In this document: positions 24,479 to 32,000 of the stretch, piece by piece
Layout: every line of letters starts with the position of its first letter
Position numbering within the stretch: the first letter of the stretch is position 1
Assembly (NCBI RefSeq): GCF_000341395.1
Contig: NC_020304.1
Coordinates: forward strand, 3,420,001-3,452,000
DNA: 32,000 bases
Reading direction: 5' to 3'
From: Desulfocapsa sulfexigens DSM 10523
GTDB lineage: Bacteria; Desulfobacterota; Desulfobulbia; Desulfobulbales; Desulfocapsaceae
Notes under the pieces: model-generated
Database searches by the model: none
Told to the model about the DNA's origin: nothing
What the model saw: only the letters and a program-made list of their open reading frames with translations
Made by a program: the position numbers and the translations under genes

Positions 24479-25909
24479 ATGGGCGGATTATTCACAGCAC
24501 TCAATGCAGGAAAAACCTCTCTCAGTGTTAATCAAAAATCCATTGAGATTATTGGTAACAACATCTCCAATGTAAACACCGAAGGATACTCTCGCCAAAG
24601 CGCCGAACTCACCCCCTACCCTTCCATGAATTTCGGCGGCTTTTTTATTGGCCAGGGTGTTCTGGTCTCTGATGTCAGCCGCGATCACGATGTTTTTGTC
24701 ACTAATATGCTCCAGGAAAAATCCATTGAATTCGGACTTCAGGATGGTCAGACCAGAGCATTATCCGAACTCGAACGAATTTTCCCCATCGGTGAAGAAA
24801 ATATTTCCACTGAAATTAACCGTTTTTTTGATTCCTGGCAGGAACTATCAGCAAATCCATCTGGCCTTGTAGAGCGGGATATTGTGATTCAGCGTGGTGA
24901 ATTATTGGCAGAGAAATTTAATACCACCGTTGATGATCTAAATAAAGTTAAAGAAAATATTAATGATTCCCTGATTTCAAAAATTGATGGCGTTAACTCC
25001 CAAATACAGGAAATCGCAGATCTCAACGAACGAATTTTCACCATTGAAATCCAGGGACAAACTGCCAACAGCGCCAGAGATCGTCGTGACATGCTTGCCA
25101 AAGAGCTCGCCACCTCACTTGGAGTCCAAACCTACCATGATTCCAAAGGCATGATGGCAGTGCAGCTCCCCGGTGGATTACCACTGGTACAGGGCCTTAT
25201 CCCCATGGAACTTGAAGGTGTTCAAAATGGAACCACCCTTGACCTGGTTTTGCATACAGGCGGAGTTACCAGAACAATAGGCCTTAACAACCTTGGCGGT
25301 GAATTTGAAGGGCTGGTTGGTATTCGTGATGTGTTTATCCCATCTGTCAAGGATGACCTCGATCGACTGGCATATGAACTTGGTGGGGCTGTCAATACGG
25401 CACATTACACAGGTGCAGGGCTGGATGGAACAACCAATCAGAATTTTTTCTCAGTAAATCCCGCTCCAGGCCCGCCTCCCCCCTCACCGCCTGACCCTTG
25501 GGTAGACGCAGCCCGTAATATTTCCGTGATCATTTCAGATTCAAACCATGTAGCAGCAGCTGAAGCTCCGCCACCTTTAGGCACCGTCGCTCCTGGAGAC
25601 AACCGGAATGCACTTATTATTTCAAACATTGGTGAGGATTTCCTGATCGATGGCATAGATAATTTTGGAGCCTATTATGGTAAATTGACTGCAAAAATAG
25701 GTATAGAAGCCAGTCAGAACCAGCTCGCTCTTGGAGGTGCCGAAGATGCAATGATCCAGCTGCAGAATCTTCGCGACGGACTTTCCGGTGTGTCTCTTGA
25801 CGAAGAAATGATAAATCTAATTCAATATCAACGCGGCTTCGAATCTTCCGCCAAATTCCTATCTACAATTGATGAGATGATGGGTTCACTTATCAATCTG
25901 AGACCATAA
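24479..25909 (+). CDS. flgK: Hook-filament junction protein FlgK (HAP1)
   Basis: N-terminus GLFTALNAGKTSLSVNQKSIEIIGNNISNVNTEGYSRQ and C-terminus VSLDEEMINLIQYQRGFESSAKFLSTIDEMMGSLINL. Confidence 0.95.
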   Translation: MGGLFTALNAGKTSLSVNQKSIEIIGNNISNVNTEGYSRQSAELTPYPSMNFGGFFIGQGVLVSDVSRDHDVFVTNMLQEKSIEFGLQDGQTRALSELERIFPIGEENISTEINRFFDSWQELSANPSGLVERDIVIQRGELLAEKFNTTVDDLNKVKENINDSLISKIDGVNSQIQEIADLNERIFTIEIQGQTANSARDRRDMLAKELATSLGVQTYHDSKGMMAVQLPGGLPLVQGLIPMELEGVQNGTTLDLVLHTGGVTRTIGLNNLGGEFEGLVGIRDVFIPSVKDDLDRLAYELGGAVNTAHYTGAGLDGTTNQNFFSVNPAPGPPPPSPPDPWVDAARNISVIISDSNHVAAAEAPPPLGTVAPGDNRNALIISNIGEDFLIDGIDNFGAYYGKLTAKIGIEASQNQLALGGAEDAMIQLQNLRDGLSGVSLDEEMINLIQYQRGFESSAKFLSTIDEMMGSLINLRP

Positions 25910-25931
25910 GTAATCTCTCTGGAGAGATATC

Positions 25932-26972
25932 ATGAAAGCTACAGAAGGGACAACCTACCGCATGCTCCAATCCAACCTGGGACGAATAACAACCAAATTG
26001 GAGGATCTCCGTATTCAGGGAGCAACCGGAACCAAAGTTAACCAGCCATCCGATGATCCCTCATCTATCCGACCTGTGCTTACTACCCGTACTCAAATTA
26101 TGCATACGGATCGATATCTGGAAACCATGGGTGTTACTCTTGATAAAATGGAAGCCACTGATGGACATTTAAACCATGTAGAAAACATTCTTCAGAGAGT
26201 AAAAGAGATCAGCGTTAATTCGATCAACGGTGCCATGAGCCAGAATGACCTTGACACTTTTGCAGATGAAATTGCCAATCTCAAAGCGGAACTTGTTGAT
26301 GCTGCGAATGCACAGGTTGACGGTAAATTTATTTTTGCAGGCTATGCTGAAAACACAATCCCATTTGTTGAAAACCCAAATTATAATCCCAATCCGCCCG
26401 TGGACCCACTTAACCTCAATCCACCCTATGATGCTGCGGACTCAACGACATGGCCTTATCTGTATATGGGGACTCCCAACCCCACTGAGCTTGAAATCAC
26501 CCCAGGTGAAAGACTGCAGGCAAATCTTACAGGAAATGACCTGTTTTTTGGCATCAATAATACAACCATGCTTGCCGGCGGCCCCTCACCACCAGCCGTG
26601 TATGCCTCAGACAGCGGCAGAATTGACATTTTCAGTGTTCTGACCCGTACAGAAGAAGCCCTGCGTGCAGGAAACATCGATGATCCTCTTGGAGCCGGTG
26701 GTGGTCTTGTACAAAATCTCGAAAACGTTGATATTGCAGCTGACCAGAACAGACGCCTTCGCAGTCAGTTGGGCAACAGAGCCAGACGAGTAGACTCTGC
26801 AATGCTGCATCAAACAGATGTACAGATAGACCTGCAGCAGGTTCTGTCCCGCTATCTTGATGCCGATGCAATTGAAACCTTCAATGCAATTGTTCAGCAG
26901 GAAACTGCTTTTCAAGCTGCACTAAGTATCACCTCCAAGGTTTCACAAATTTCAATTCTTGATTACTTTTAG
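25932..26972 (+). CDS. flgL: Hook-filament junction protein FlgL (HAP3)
   Basis: Flagellin-like N-terminus (MLQSNLGRITTKLEDLRIQGATGTKVNQPSDDPSS) and C-terminus (LDADAIETFNAIVQQETAFQAALSITSKVSQISILDYF). It follows flgK. Confidence 0.9.
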   Translation: MKATEGTTYRMLQSNLGRITTKLEDLRIQGATGTKVNQPSDDPSSIRPVLTTRTQIMHTDRYLETMGVTLDKMEATDGHLNHVENILQRVKEISVNSINGAMSQNDLDTFADEIANLKAELVDAANAQVDGKFIFAGYAENTIPFVENPNYNPNPPVDPLNLNPPYDAADSTTWPYLYMGTPNPTELEITPGERLQANLTGNDLFFGINNTTMLAGGPSPPAVYASDSGRIDIFSVLTRTEEALRAGNIDDPLGAGGGLVQNLENVDIAADQNRRLRSQLGNRARRVDSAMLHQTDVQIDLQQVLSRYLDADAIETFNAIVQQETAFQAALSITSKVSQISILDYF

Positions 26973-26988
26973 AAAATCATACATTTGT

Positions 26989-27017
26989 TTGACATTCGAA
27001 TCCATTCATCATAGCAT
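26989..27017 (+). promoter_or_regulatory. Possible sigma70-like promoter upstream of csrA
   Basis: TTGACA (26989-26994), a 17-nt spacer, then TAGCAT (27012-27017). It lies ~55 nt before the csrA ATG. Confidence 0.4.
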
Positions 27018-27071
27018 CAGTCATTAATGTAATGTGTGTAACTGATAGAGTATTTTTTATTGGAGAGCAAC

Positions 27072-27314
27072 ATGCTCGTTCTTACCAGAAAGGTCGGTGA
27101 AGGAATTGTCATCGGCGACGATGTAACAATCAAAATTATAGAAATGAAGGGAGGGGCTATCCGGATAGGTATTGATGCCCCCAGAGAGAAGAACATATAC
27201 CGTCAGGAAGTGTATAACCGTATAACCGAGGAAAACAAAATGGCGATGGAGTGGGATCTGGACACTCTTGATTCTCTTAGTGCCAACCTTTCAATAGAGA
27301 AAAAAAAGAAATGA
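27072..27314 (+). CDS. csrA: Carbon storage regulator / translational repressor CsrA (long, FliW-type, 80 aa)
   Basis: [48 protein letters not shown] is a near-consensus CsrA. I chose the ATG at 27072 rather than the TTG at 27060. The C-terminal extension beyond ~55 aa is typical of FliW-partnered CsrA. Confidence 0.95.
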   Translation: MLVLTRKVGEGIVIGDDVTIKIIEMKGGAIRIGIDAPREKNIYRQEVYNRITEENKMAMEWDLDTLDSLSANLSIEKKKK

Positions 27315-27730
27315 GAACGATACATACACGATTCGGTGACGTTGAATATGATCCCAAAAACCTCCTTCACTTTCCGGCTGGAATGATCGGTTTTCCCACA
27401 CTGCATGATTTTATAGTCATGCCCAACAAAAAAGAAGGCCCTCTTTTCTGGATACAAAGTATAGATGATCCCGGTATAGCTTTTATCCTCACTGATCCCA
27501 CTAATTTTTTCCTCGATTATCAGATAAAGCCAGAAGAATCAGAAAGGAATGCATTACATATCGATGATACCGATGAATGCTATACCCTTTCTGTTGTAAC
27601 TGTCCCACCAGATCAGAAAATAACCCTCAATCTTGCAGCACCAATCCTCTTTTCTGCCAAAACAAACAGAGCAATTCAGGTTATCTTAGAAAAGACAAAC
27701 TATAACTCTAGGACACCACTTCCCGAATAG
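27311..27730 (+). CDS. fliW: Flagellar assembly factor FliW (CsrA antagonist)
   Basis: [18 protein letters not shown]...[20 protein letters not shown]...NLAAPILF matches FliW family motifs. The start ATG overlaps the csrA TGA (ATGA). Confidence 0.9.
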   Translation: MRTIHTRFGDVEYDPKNLLHFPAGMIGFPTLHDFIVMPNKKEGPLFWIQSIDDPGIAFILTDPTNFFLDYQIKPEESERNALHIDDTDECYTLSVVTVPPDQKITLNLAAPILFSAKTNRAIQVILEKTNYNSRTPLPE

Positions 27731-27846
27731 AATACTATCGGTCTCAAAAAAGACAAAAAAAACAGTCACGGAGTGGAAGATGAATCGGATTTAAAATAAG
27801 CGGCAGGGGACGGTTTGGCTTGCAGGAATGAACAAAAAGATACCTA

Positions 27847-28245
27847 TTACTGCAGTAAAGAATAAGAACCGGACGCAACAGCCATACCACATAAATCTTC
27901 TTCCTGGGGAATCTCCTTTGAGGACATTTCCCCAATCAATTCAATCTTTCGAAGTCGGGCCTTGCAATCAATAACATCTGCCTCTCTTATTGTGGAGTCG
28001 AGAGCTCGCTGGTATTCACCTAACAGTGGATTTTCAAGAACCTTTCGCCCTATAAAGTTCATGATTTGACATATTTTTTTTTCGTGCTTTAGGGTAATTT
28101 CCTGCAATTCTCTAATGGAAGCGCACTGTTCCTGTATTTCACAAGGCTTGAGAATCTCCATCCTGTCACCCAAATCCATCATTTTTGCGGTAAGTTTCTT
28201 ATAGTTTCCAATAGACTCTCTCAAACATTCATCTATTGTTTTCAT
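27847..28245 (-). CDS. Hypothetical 132-aa helical protein, last gene of the fliC-side minus-strand gene string
   Basis: Long ORF with protein-like charged helical composition and 6 Cys, co-oriented with fliS. I recognise no motif and the SD is weak. Confidence 0.5.
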   Translation of the reverse strand: MKTIDECLRESIGNYKKLTAKMMDLGDRMEILKPCEIQEQCASIRELQEITLKHEKKICQIMNFIGRKVLENPLLGEYQRALDSTIREADVIDCKARLRKIELIGEMSSKEIPQEEDLCGMAVASGSYSLLQ

Positions 28246-28318
28246 GAGTTATACCACAATGTTTTCTTTAAGTTTCCGAACAATGTTTCCGGAACGAATC
28301 ATTTCTTCCAACACAAAC

Positions 28319-28744
28319 TTACGAGGACTTATTCACTATCTTCCCCTGATGATGTACTCGGGTTTTATAACCACTCAACGCTTTTCTTCCCTTTTTAACA
28401 GCCCGAATCTCACTTGCCATCAGAGTTTTCACATTATTAGCCCTGAGCACAGTCTTTTTCAAAAGATCCAGGATATCCTGCTGCAAGGATCTTATTTCTT
28501 CAAGCTGTGTACTAATGTTTCCAGTGATTTCTTTGTCAGCTAACTGTTTGTATAATATTGCATCAGTTTTCTGGCTCTGCTGCTGTAATGCACAAAATTC
28601 CCTGTTGAATTCTTCTACACATCCCTGTGAGGAATTATTATCAATATCTCGTTGTAGAGACTTGAGCATCCTGAGCATTCTCGAATATTCATCTAGAGAT
28701 TGCTCTACAACAGTATTCTGAGGGATCATCACAATTTCTTCCAT
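28319..28744 (-). CDS. Hypothetical ~141-aa helical protein directly downstream of fliS (possible FliT/FlgN-like chaperone)
   Basis: ATG at 28744. An alternative TTG at 28771 would overlap the fliS stop by 17 nt. All-helical and Q/E/L-rich. The C-terminal tail ...KKGRKALSGYK resembles FlgN-family ends. Its position equals that of fliT in Bacillus/enteric fliD-fliS-fliT operons. Confidence 0.55.
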   Translation of the reverse strand: MEEIVMIPQNTVVEQSLDEYSRMLRMLKSLQRDIDNNSSQGCVEEFNREFCALQQQSQKTDAILYKQLADKEITGNISTQLEEIRSLQQDILDLLKKTVLRANNVKTLMASEIRAVKKGRKALSGYKTRVHHQGKIVNKSS

Positions 28745-28754
28745 TGTTAAATAA

Positions 28755-29222
28755 TCAACTTGAAACTGCAAACGAACTATAAGTAGCCTCGTAGGTATAA
28801 TCCTTTTTTTGTAATACTGCGGATTCCGCTTCCGCAGCTGCCTTTTCTTTTTTGTTTATAACAACAGCCTCTCCCCAGGTTTGACGCAAATCCACAAGCA
28901 ATTTTTCTACATTTTGGAGTTTTGTCAAATCATTCGAAATATTGGCACTGGTCAGTTCACGAATCATAAAATCATACAGATCGTGAAGATCCTCTGCAAT
29001 CTTACCGCCTATTTCATGATTCAGGGTGTTGGAAAATTCTACAACAATGGCAAGTGCCTTGGAAACACCACGAACTCGAAGTTCCGGCCTGTTCTCTTCC
29101 ACACCAATGATTGCCTCTCGGGTAAAACGAATGGCACCATCATACAGCATTAGAAGTATTTGCTCAGGAGAAGCCGTATTAATCTGATTCTGTTGATACT
29201 GATTATGATTATATGGATTCAT
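28755..29222 (-). CDS. fliS: Flagellin-specific export chaperone FliS
   Basis: YQQNQINTASPEQILLMLYDGAIRFTREA and ALAIVVEFSNTLNHEIGGKIAEDLHDLYDFM are FliS signatures. Confidence 0.93.
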   Translation of the reverse strand: MNPYNHNQYQQNQINTASPEQILLMLYDGAIRFTREAIIGVEENRPELRVRGVSKALAIVVEFSNTLNHEIGGKIAEDLHDLYDFMIRELTSANISNDLTKLQNVEKLLVDLRQTWGEAVVINKKEKAAAEAESAVLQKKDYTYEATYSSFAVSS

Positions 29223-29224
29223 TT

Positions 29225-30661
29225 CTAATTCCTATTGTACATGTTCGAGAGTATATCCATCTGTTGGGTCAGATAATCACTTTGGGCGTTCAGATTACTG
29301 ACAAGAAGCTCCATGGCATTAAACTGTGCACGAATGCGTTCCTCAATCTTGTCCATTAAGGGTTCTTTCCGTGAAATCTGCAAATCAAGGCGTCGTATAG
29401 CATCCTCATAACGATCATGTTTATCAGCATACATTCCATTTACTGCTGAAGTAGTCTGTACCAGATAGGAGTTGAATTTTTTCATAACCCCATCATTATT
29501 GCCTTCACCAGCAAGAAGCTTAACAACATCATCGAAGTTCGCGTCTAATTTCTCATCCAGCTTTCCATTATTAATGTGGAGAGTTCCATCCGATTGGGTG
29601 GAGATACCAATTTCACTGAGGATCTGCAAAGAACCACTACTGCCAATAGATTCTGACAATATAGACTGGAGACTACGTTTGATATCATTAATTGTCGCAT
29701 CACCCCTTAAATAATCACTAAGTGGTCTTTCTTCATCTTCTGTAGCTGTCGAAGCTTCATCTGCAGTTTGGAGAATCACATCATAACCCGAGCTAATCCA
29801 GTCCATAACGGAATTATAGCTGGTTACAAAGGTCGATATTTTCTCTTTAAGACTCGCTGTGTCTGCTTCAACATTGAGAGTAGACGTTTCATATACTGCA
29901 GGATTTCCATCAGCAGCAGGGGTGATTATTTCGCTTTCTTTATTGAGGTTGATAGTGACGCCGGCGATAACACCGGTGAGAGTATTGGTGTTGCTCATCA
30001 CTTCAATACCGTCAACGTAGGCAATAGCCTGTTGAGCAGTACGAACATTGGATTCAGAAAGATCTATGGCATCACCCTCAGAATCTTTTAAATCATAGTC
30101 TAAGGAAAACGTTATGGAAGCGTCATTTCCAGTCAGAACCATATGATAATTGCCACTATCATTCCCATCATTAATAATAGATGCTGAAACGCCTGTGTCT
30201 TCTGAAACATTGTTAATGGCTTGCATCAATCCCTGAAGAGAATTGTTGGAATCATCAATCTCTAGACTAACAGCACCGATGGCAAAAGTCCCTGTACCAA
30301 AAATATTTTCAGTTTCAGAACTGTATCCACTGCTAACCGTCTTTTGAACCTGCGCGAGCTGGGCCACCGCAATATCATAACTGCCTTCACGAGCACCATT
30401 GGAGGTAGCGGTAATAAACTCTTCGGAACTGAGTCTGACACTGGTGGTCTGAACATCACTGGTTATATTGAGATTTCCGGCTGCAGAACGAAGATCTTCC
30501 AGTTTGGCATCAAACTGCTCATACGCCTGAAGACGGATGGTCTCATACTCTTTATCAGCCTCCAGACGATCCAACGGTCTTCTTTCTATAGCCATCAGGC
30601 TAGAGACCAGGTCTTCTGTGGGCAGACCTGTGGCGAGGCCACCAAAACTTATCTCTGCCAT
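29225..30661 (-). CDS. fliD: Flagellar filament cap protein FliD (HAP2)
   Basis: N-terminus ISFGGLATGLPTEDLVSSLMAIERRPLDRLEADKE and a C-terminal coiled coil (RYEDAIRRLDLQISRKEPLMDKIEERIRAQFNAMELLVSNLNAQSDYL). Confidence 0.92.
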   Translation of the reverse strand: MAEISFGGLATGLPTEDLVSSLMAIERRPLDRLEADKEYETIRLQAYEQFDAKLEDLRSAAGNLNITSDVQTTSVRLSSEEFITATSNGAREGSYDIAVAQLAQVQKTVSSGYSSETENIFGTGTFAIGAVSLEIDDSNNSLQGLMQAINNVSEDTGVSASIINDGNDSGNYHMVLTGNDASITFSLDYDLKDSEGDAIDLSESNVRTAQQAIAYVDGIEVMSNTNTLTGVIAGVTINLNKESEIITPAADGNPAVYETSTLNVEADTASLKEKISTFVTSYNSVMDWISSGYDVILQTADEASTATEDEERPLSDYLRGDATINDIKRSLQSILSESIGSSGSLQILSEIGISTQSDGTLHINNGKLDEKLDANFDDVVKLLAGEGNNDGVMKKFNSYLVQTTSAVNGMYADKHDRYEDAIRRLDLQISRKEPLMDKIEERIRAQFNAMELLVSNLNAQSDYLTQQMDILSNMYNRN

Positions 30662-30719
30662 ACCATACTCCTCAGCGGATTTTAGTGACTAACTAACTGA
30701 AATATAAAACTAACAAGTA

Positions 30720-31082
30720 CTACTCTACGGTATCAACAAGCTTCCCGCGAAGATCCTCAAGATTTGCCTGCATACCTAGAATTTCTTCTGCAGGAACCTG
30801 ACGAATCACCTCATCGGTCTTGGTGTCCACAACTTTTACGACCAGTTTATTAAACTCCTGGTTATTTTCAAAGCGAACACTATAAAGACCATCTTCGGTG
30901 AGCGACTTGATCTGATTCAGGAGCTCTTCCGGCTGTACACCACCACTCTCTGGAGAACTTACCTTCTCCAGATTCACATCTCCCTTCTTCAGATCTTTAC
31001 GTCCGGAATCGACGCCATCTGCTGGCCGCGGCATCTGCTGCAGTGCGGAACCCGTTGCATTCATAGCTTCTATTGACGACAT
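30720..31082 (-). CDS. flaG: Flagellar protein FlaG
   Basis: 120 aa. VRFENNQEFNKLVVKVVDTKTDEVIRQVPAEEIL matches the FlaG family core. The position between fliC and fliD fits. Confidence 0.85.
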   Translation of the reverse strand: MSSIEAMNATGSALQQMPRPADGVDSGRKDLKKGDVNLEKVSSPESGGVQPEELLNQIKSLTEDGLYSVRFENNQEFNKLVVKVVDTKTDEVIRQVPAEEILGMQANLEDLRGKLVDTVE

Positions 31083-31212
31083 AATGTATTCCTCTAGCGA
31101 AAACCGCTAATGACAGATTATTCATAAATTTAAAAAGCTGCCCTGAAAAATCACCTGCTGTTACTAATCAAAAAAAGTAACAAGAGGACAATTTTCCAGG
31201 GGGCTTTACATG

Positions 31213-31239
31213 TCGGGGGTTGTAACAACCAACCCCCGA
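31213..31239 (-). terminator. GC-rich hairpin downstream of the flagellin stop (possible terminator/attenuator)
   Basis: TCGGGGGTTG (31213-31222) pairs with CAACCCCCGA (30-39 of the same line, i.e. 31230-31239), a perfect 10-bp stem with a 7-nt loop, 14 nt after the fliC stop. No immediate U-tract on the minus strand, so confidence is moderate. Confidence 0.45.
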
Positions 31240-31252
31240 GTTGAGTTTACGA

Positions 31253-32000
31253 TTAACCTAACAGTGACAAGGCCAACTGTGGTTGCTGATTAGCCTGGGC
31301 CAAAATTGAAACGCCAGCTTGTTGCAGGATATTCATTTTGGTCATCGCCGAAGTTTCCATGGCGATATCAGCATCAAGGATCCGTGAACGTGCAGCAGAA
31401 AGATTCTCTGATACATTGTTCAAGTTGGCAATGGTGGATTCAAAACGATTCTGGATCGCACCCAAGCCACCTCGGATAATATCAACATCCTCAAGGGCTT
31501 TATCAACACTGGCGATAGCTATAACAGCATTTTCACGGGTATCAACTGACATCTGGTCAACTGTTACAGTTGCTGATGTCGCTGCACCAACATCTGCACC
31601 GCCAGCCAAGGTAATTGTGCCGGCAACACTTGCAGCAGTCGTTCCTGAAAAGTCAACCAATGCCTGAGCTGCGAGACCACTGGCAGTTGTCAGAGCCTCA
31701 ACATAACTAGCTATTTCTGCTCCAGTATCCATTGAAGCTGACGTCAATGACGCAGTGATGGTAATTGTCGTATCAGAGACCACGACAGTGCTCGCATCGG
31801 CTGTCCCGCCGGATAAGTCAAGCGAACCGGCCGTAACTGCACTCGCTGATCCTGCAAAGCCAACCAAAGCCTGGGCTGAGATAGCACTGGCGGTTGTCAG
31901 GGCGCTAAGAACAGCAGCTAACTCTGCTCCTGTGTCTGTCGCTGCAGCAGTCAGTGATGCTGTTACAGTAATCGTGGTACTTCCTGCTGTATCCGTTGCA
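31253..32000 (-). CDS. fliC: Flagellin FliC/FlaA, C-terminal ~249 aa (5' end outside the window)
   Basis: The frame stays open to the window edge; the ORF-track M at 31867 is an internal TTG/Leu. The canonical C-terminus is GGLGAIQNRFESTIANLNNVSENLSAARSRILDADIAMETSAMTKMNILQQAGVSILAQANQQPQLALSLLG. Confidence 0.95.
   Translation of the reverse strand, partial: ATDTAGSTTITVTASLTAAATDTGAELAAVLSALTTASAISAQALVGFAGSASAVTAGSLDLSGGTADASTVVVSDTTITITASLTSASMDTGAEIASYVEALTTASGLAAQALVDFSGTTAASVAGTITLAGGADVGAATSATVTVDQMSVDTRENAVIAIASVDKALEDVDIIRGGLGAIQNRFESTIANLNNVSENLSAARSRILDADIAMETSAMTKMNILQQAGVSILAQANQQPQLALSLLG
31562..31975 (-). repeat. Two tandem 207-nt (69-aa) repeats in the flagellin variable region, probably continuing beyond the window
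   Basis: Unit 1 (31975-31769) is TITVTASLTAAATDTGAELAAVLSALTTASAISAQALVGFAGSASAVTAGSLDLSGGTADASTVVVSDT. Unit 2 (31768-31562) is TITITASLTSASMDTGAEIASYVEALTTASGLAAQALVDFSGTTAASVAGTITLAGGADVGAATSATVTV. The offset is exactly 207 nt (gcctgagct at 31662 versus gcctgggct at 31869). Confidence 0.8.

Noticed and set aside
26245-26643. 132-aa plus-strand ORF in an alternative frame inside flgL
   Set aside because: It is embedded in flgL, whose own frame has flagellin-like termini. The alternative-frame product is Leu/Pro/His/Thr-rich low-complexity sequence.
27744-27935. 63-aa minus-strand ORF in and near the convergent fliW/orf132 gap
   Set aside because: It overlaps the 3' end of the longer 132-aa ORF in another frame, has basic low-complexity composition, and lacks an RBS.
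31083-31212. Search for a sigma28 promoter for flaG-fliD-fliS in the fliC-flaG intergenic region; long imperfect inverted repeat at 31143-31200
   Set aside because: I found no TAAA-N15/16-CCGATA match on the minus strand. The inverted repeat (CCCTGAAAAAT.../...ATTTTCCAGGG with an inner GTTACT/AGTAAC) is imperfect, and I cannot assign it a role. It may be part of the fliC terminator region or the flaG leader structure.

Overview
The whole 32-kb window is one contiguous flagellar biogenesis and motility supercluster of about 40 tightly packed genes, many with 1-20 nt overlaps. Plus strand (1-27730): fliI (5' truncated)-fliJ-motE/ylxF-like-fliK-flgD-flgE | motA-motB (PomAB-like)-fliL-fliM-fliN-fliO-fliP-fliQ-fliR | flhB-flhA-flhF-flhG-fliA-DUF2802-like ORF | flgF-flgG-flgA-flgH-flgI-flgJ (rod-binding domain only) | orf193-flgM-flgN-flgK-flgL | csrA-fliW. 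Minus strand (27847-32000), converging on fliW: fliC (5' truncated)-flaG-fliD-fliS-two uncharacterised helical ORFs. By eye I could read two sigma54-type (-24/-12) promoters (upstream of motA and flhB), two sigma28-type promoters (upstream of flgF and orf193), a sigma70-like promoter upstream of csrA, and two hairpin terminators. The gene order, FlhF/FlhG, the sigma54 plus sigma28 promoter types, the PomAB-like stator and CsrA/FliW suggest a polar flagellum of a Desulfobacterota-like (deltaproteobacterial) organism; this is inference only. I saw no rRNA, tRNA, CRISPR array, transposase, phage or defence genes. I found no convincing evidence for a wholly new non-flagellar system. The most interesting unexplained items are: (1) a CsrA-type GGA hairpin plus GGA Shine-Dalgarno leader in front of an uncharacterised 193-aa ORF that heads the flgM-flgN-flgK-flgL late operon; (2) a strong sigma28-type promoter in front of the rod and ring genes; (3) a membrane-anchored HTH-tailed ORF right after fliA; (4) two unknown ORFs after fliS; (5) a flagellin with 69-aa tandem repeats. 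All homology statements come from recognising motifs by eye, not from database searches.
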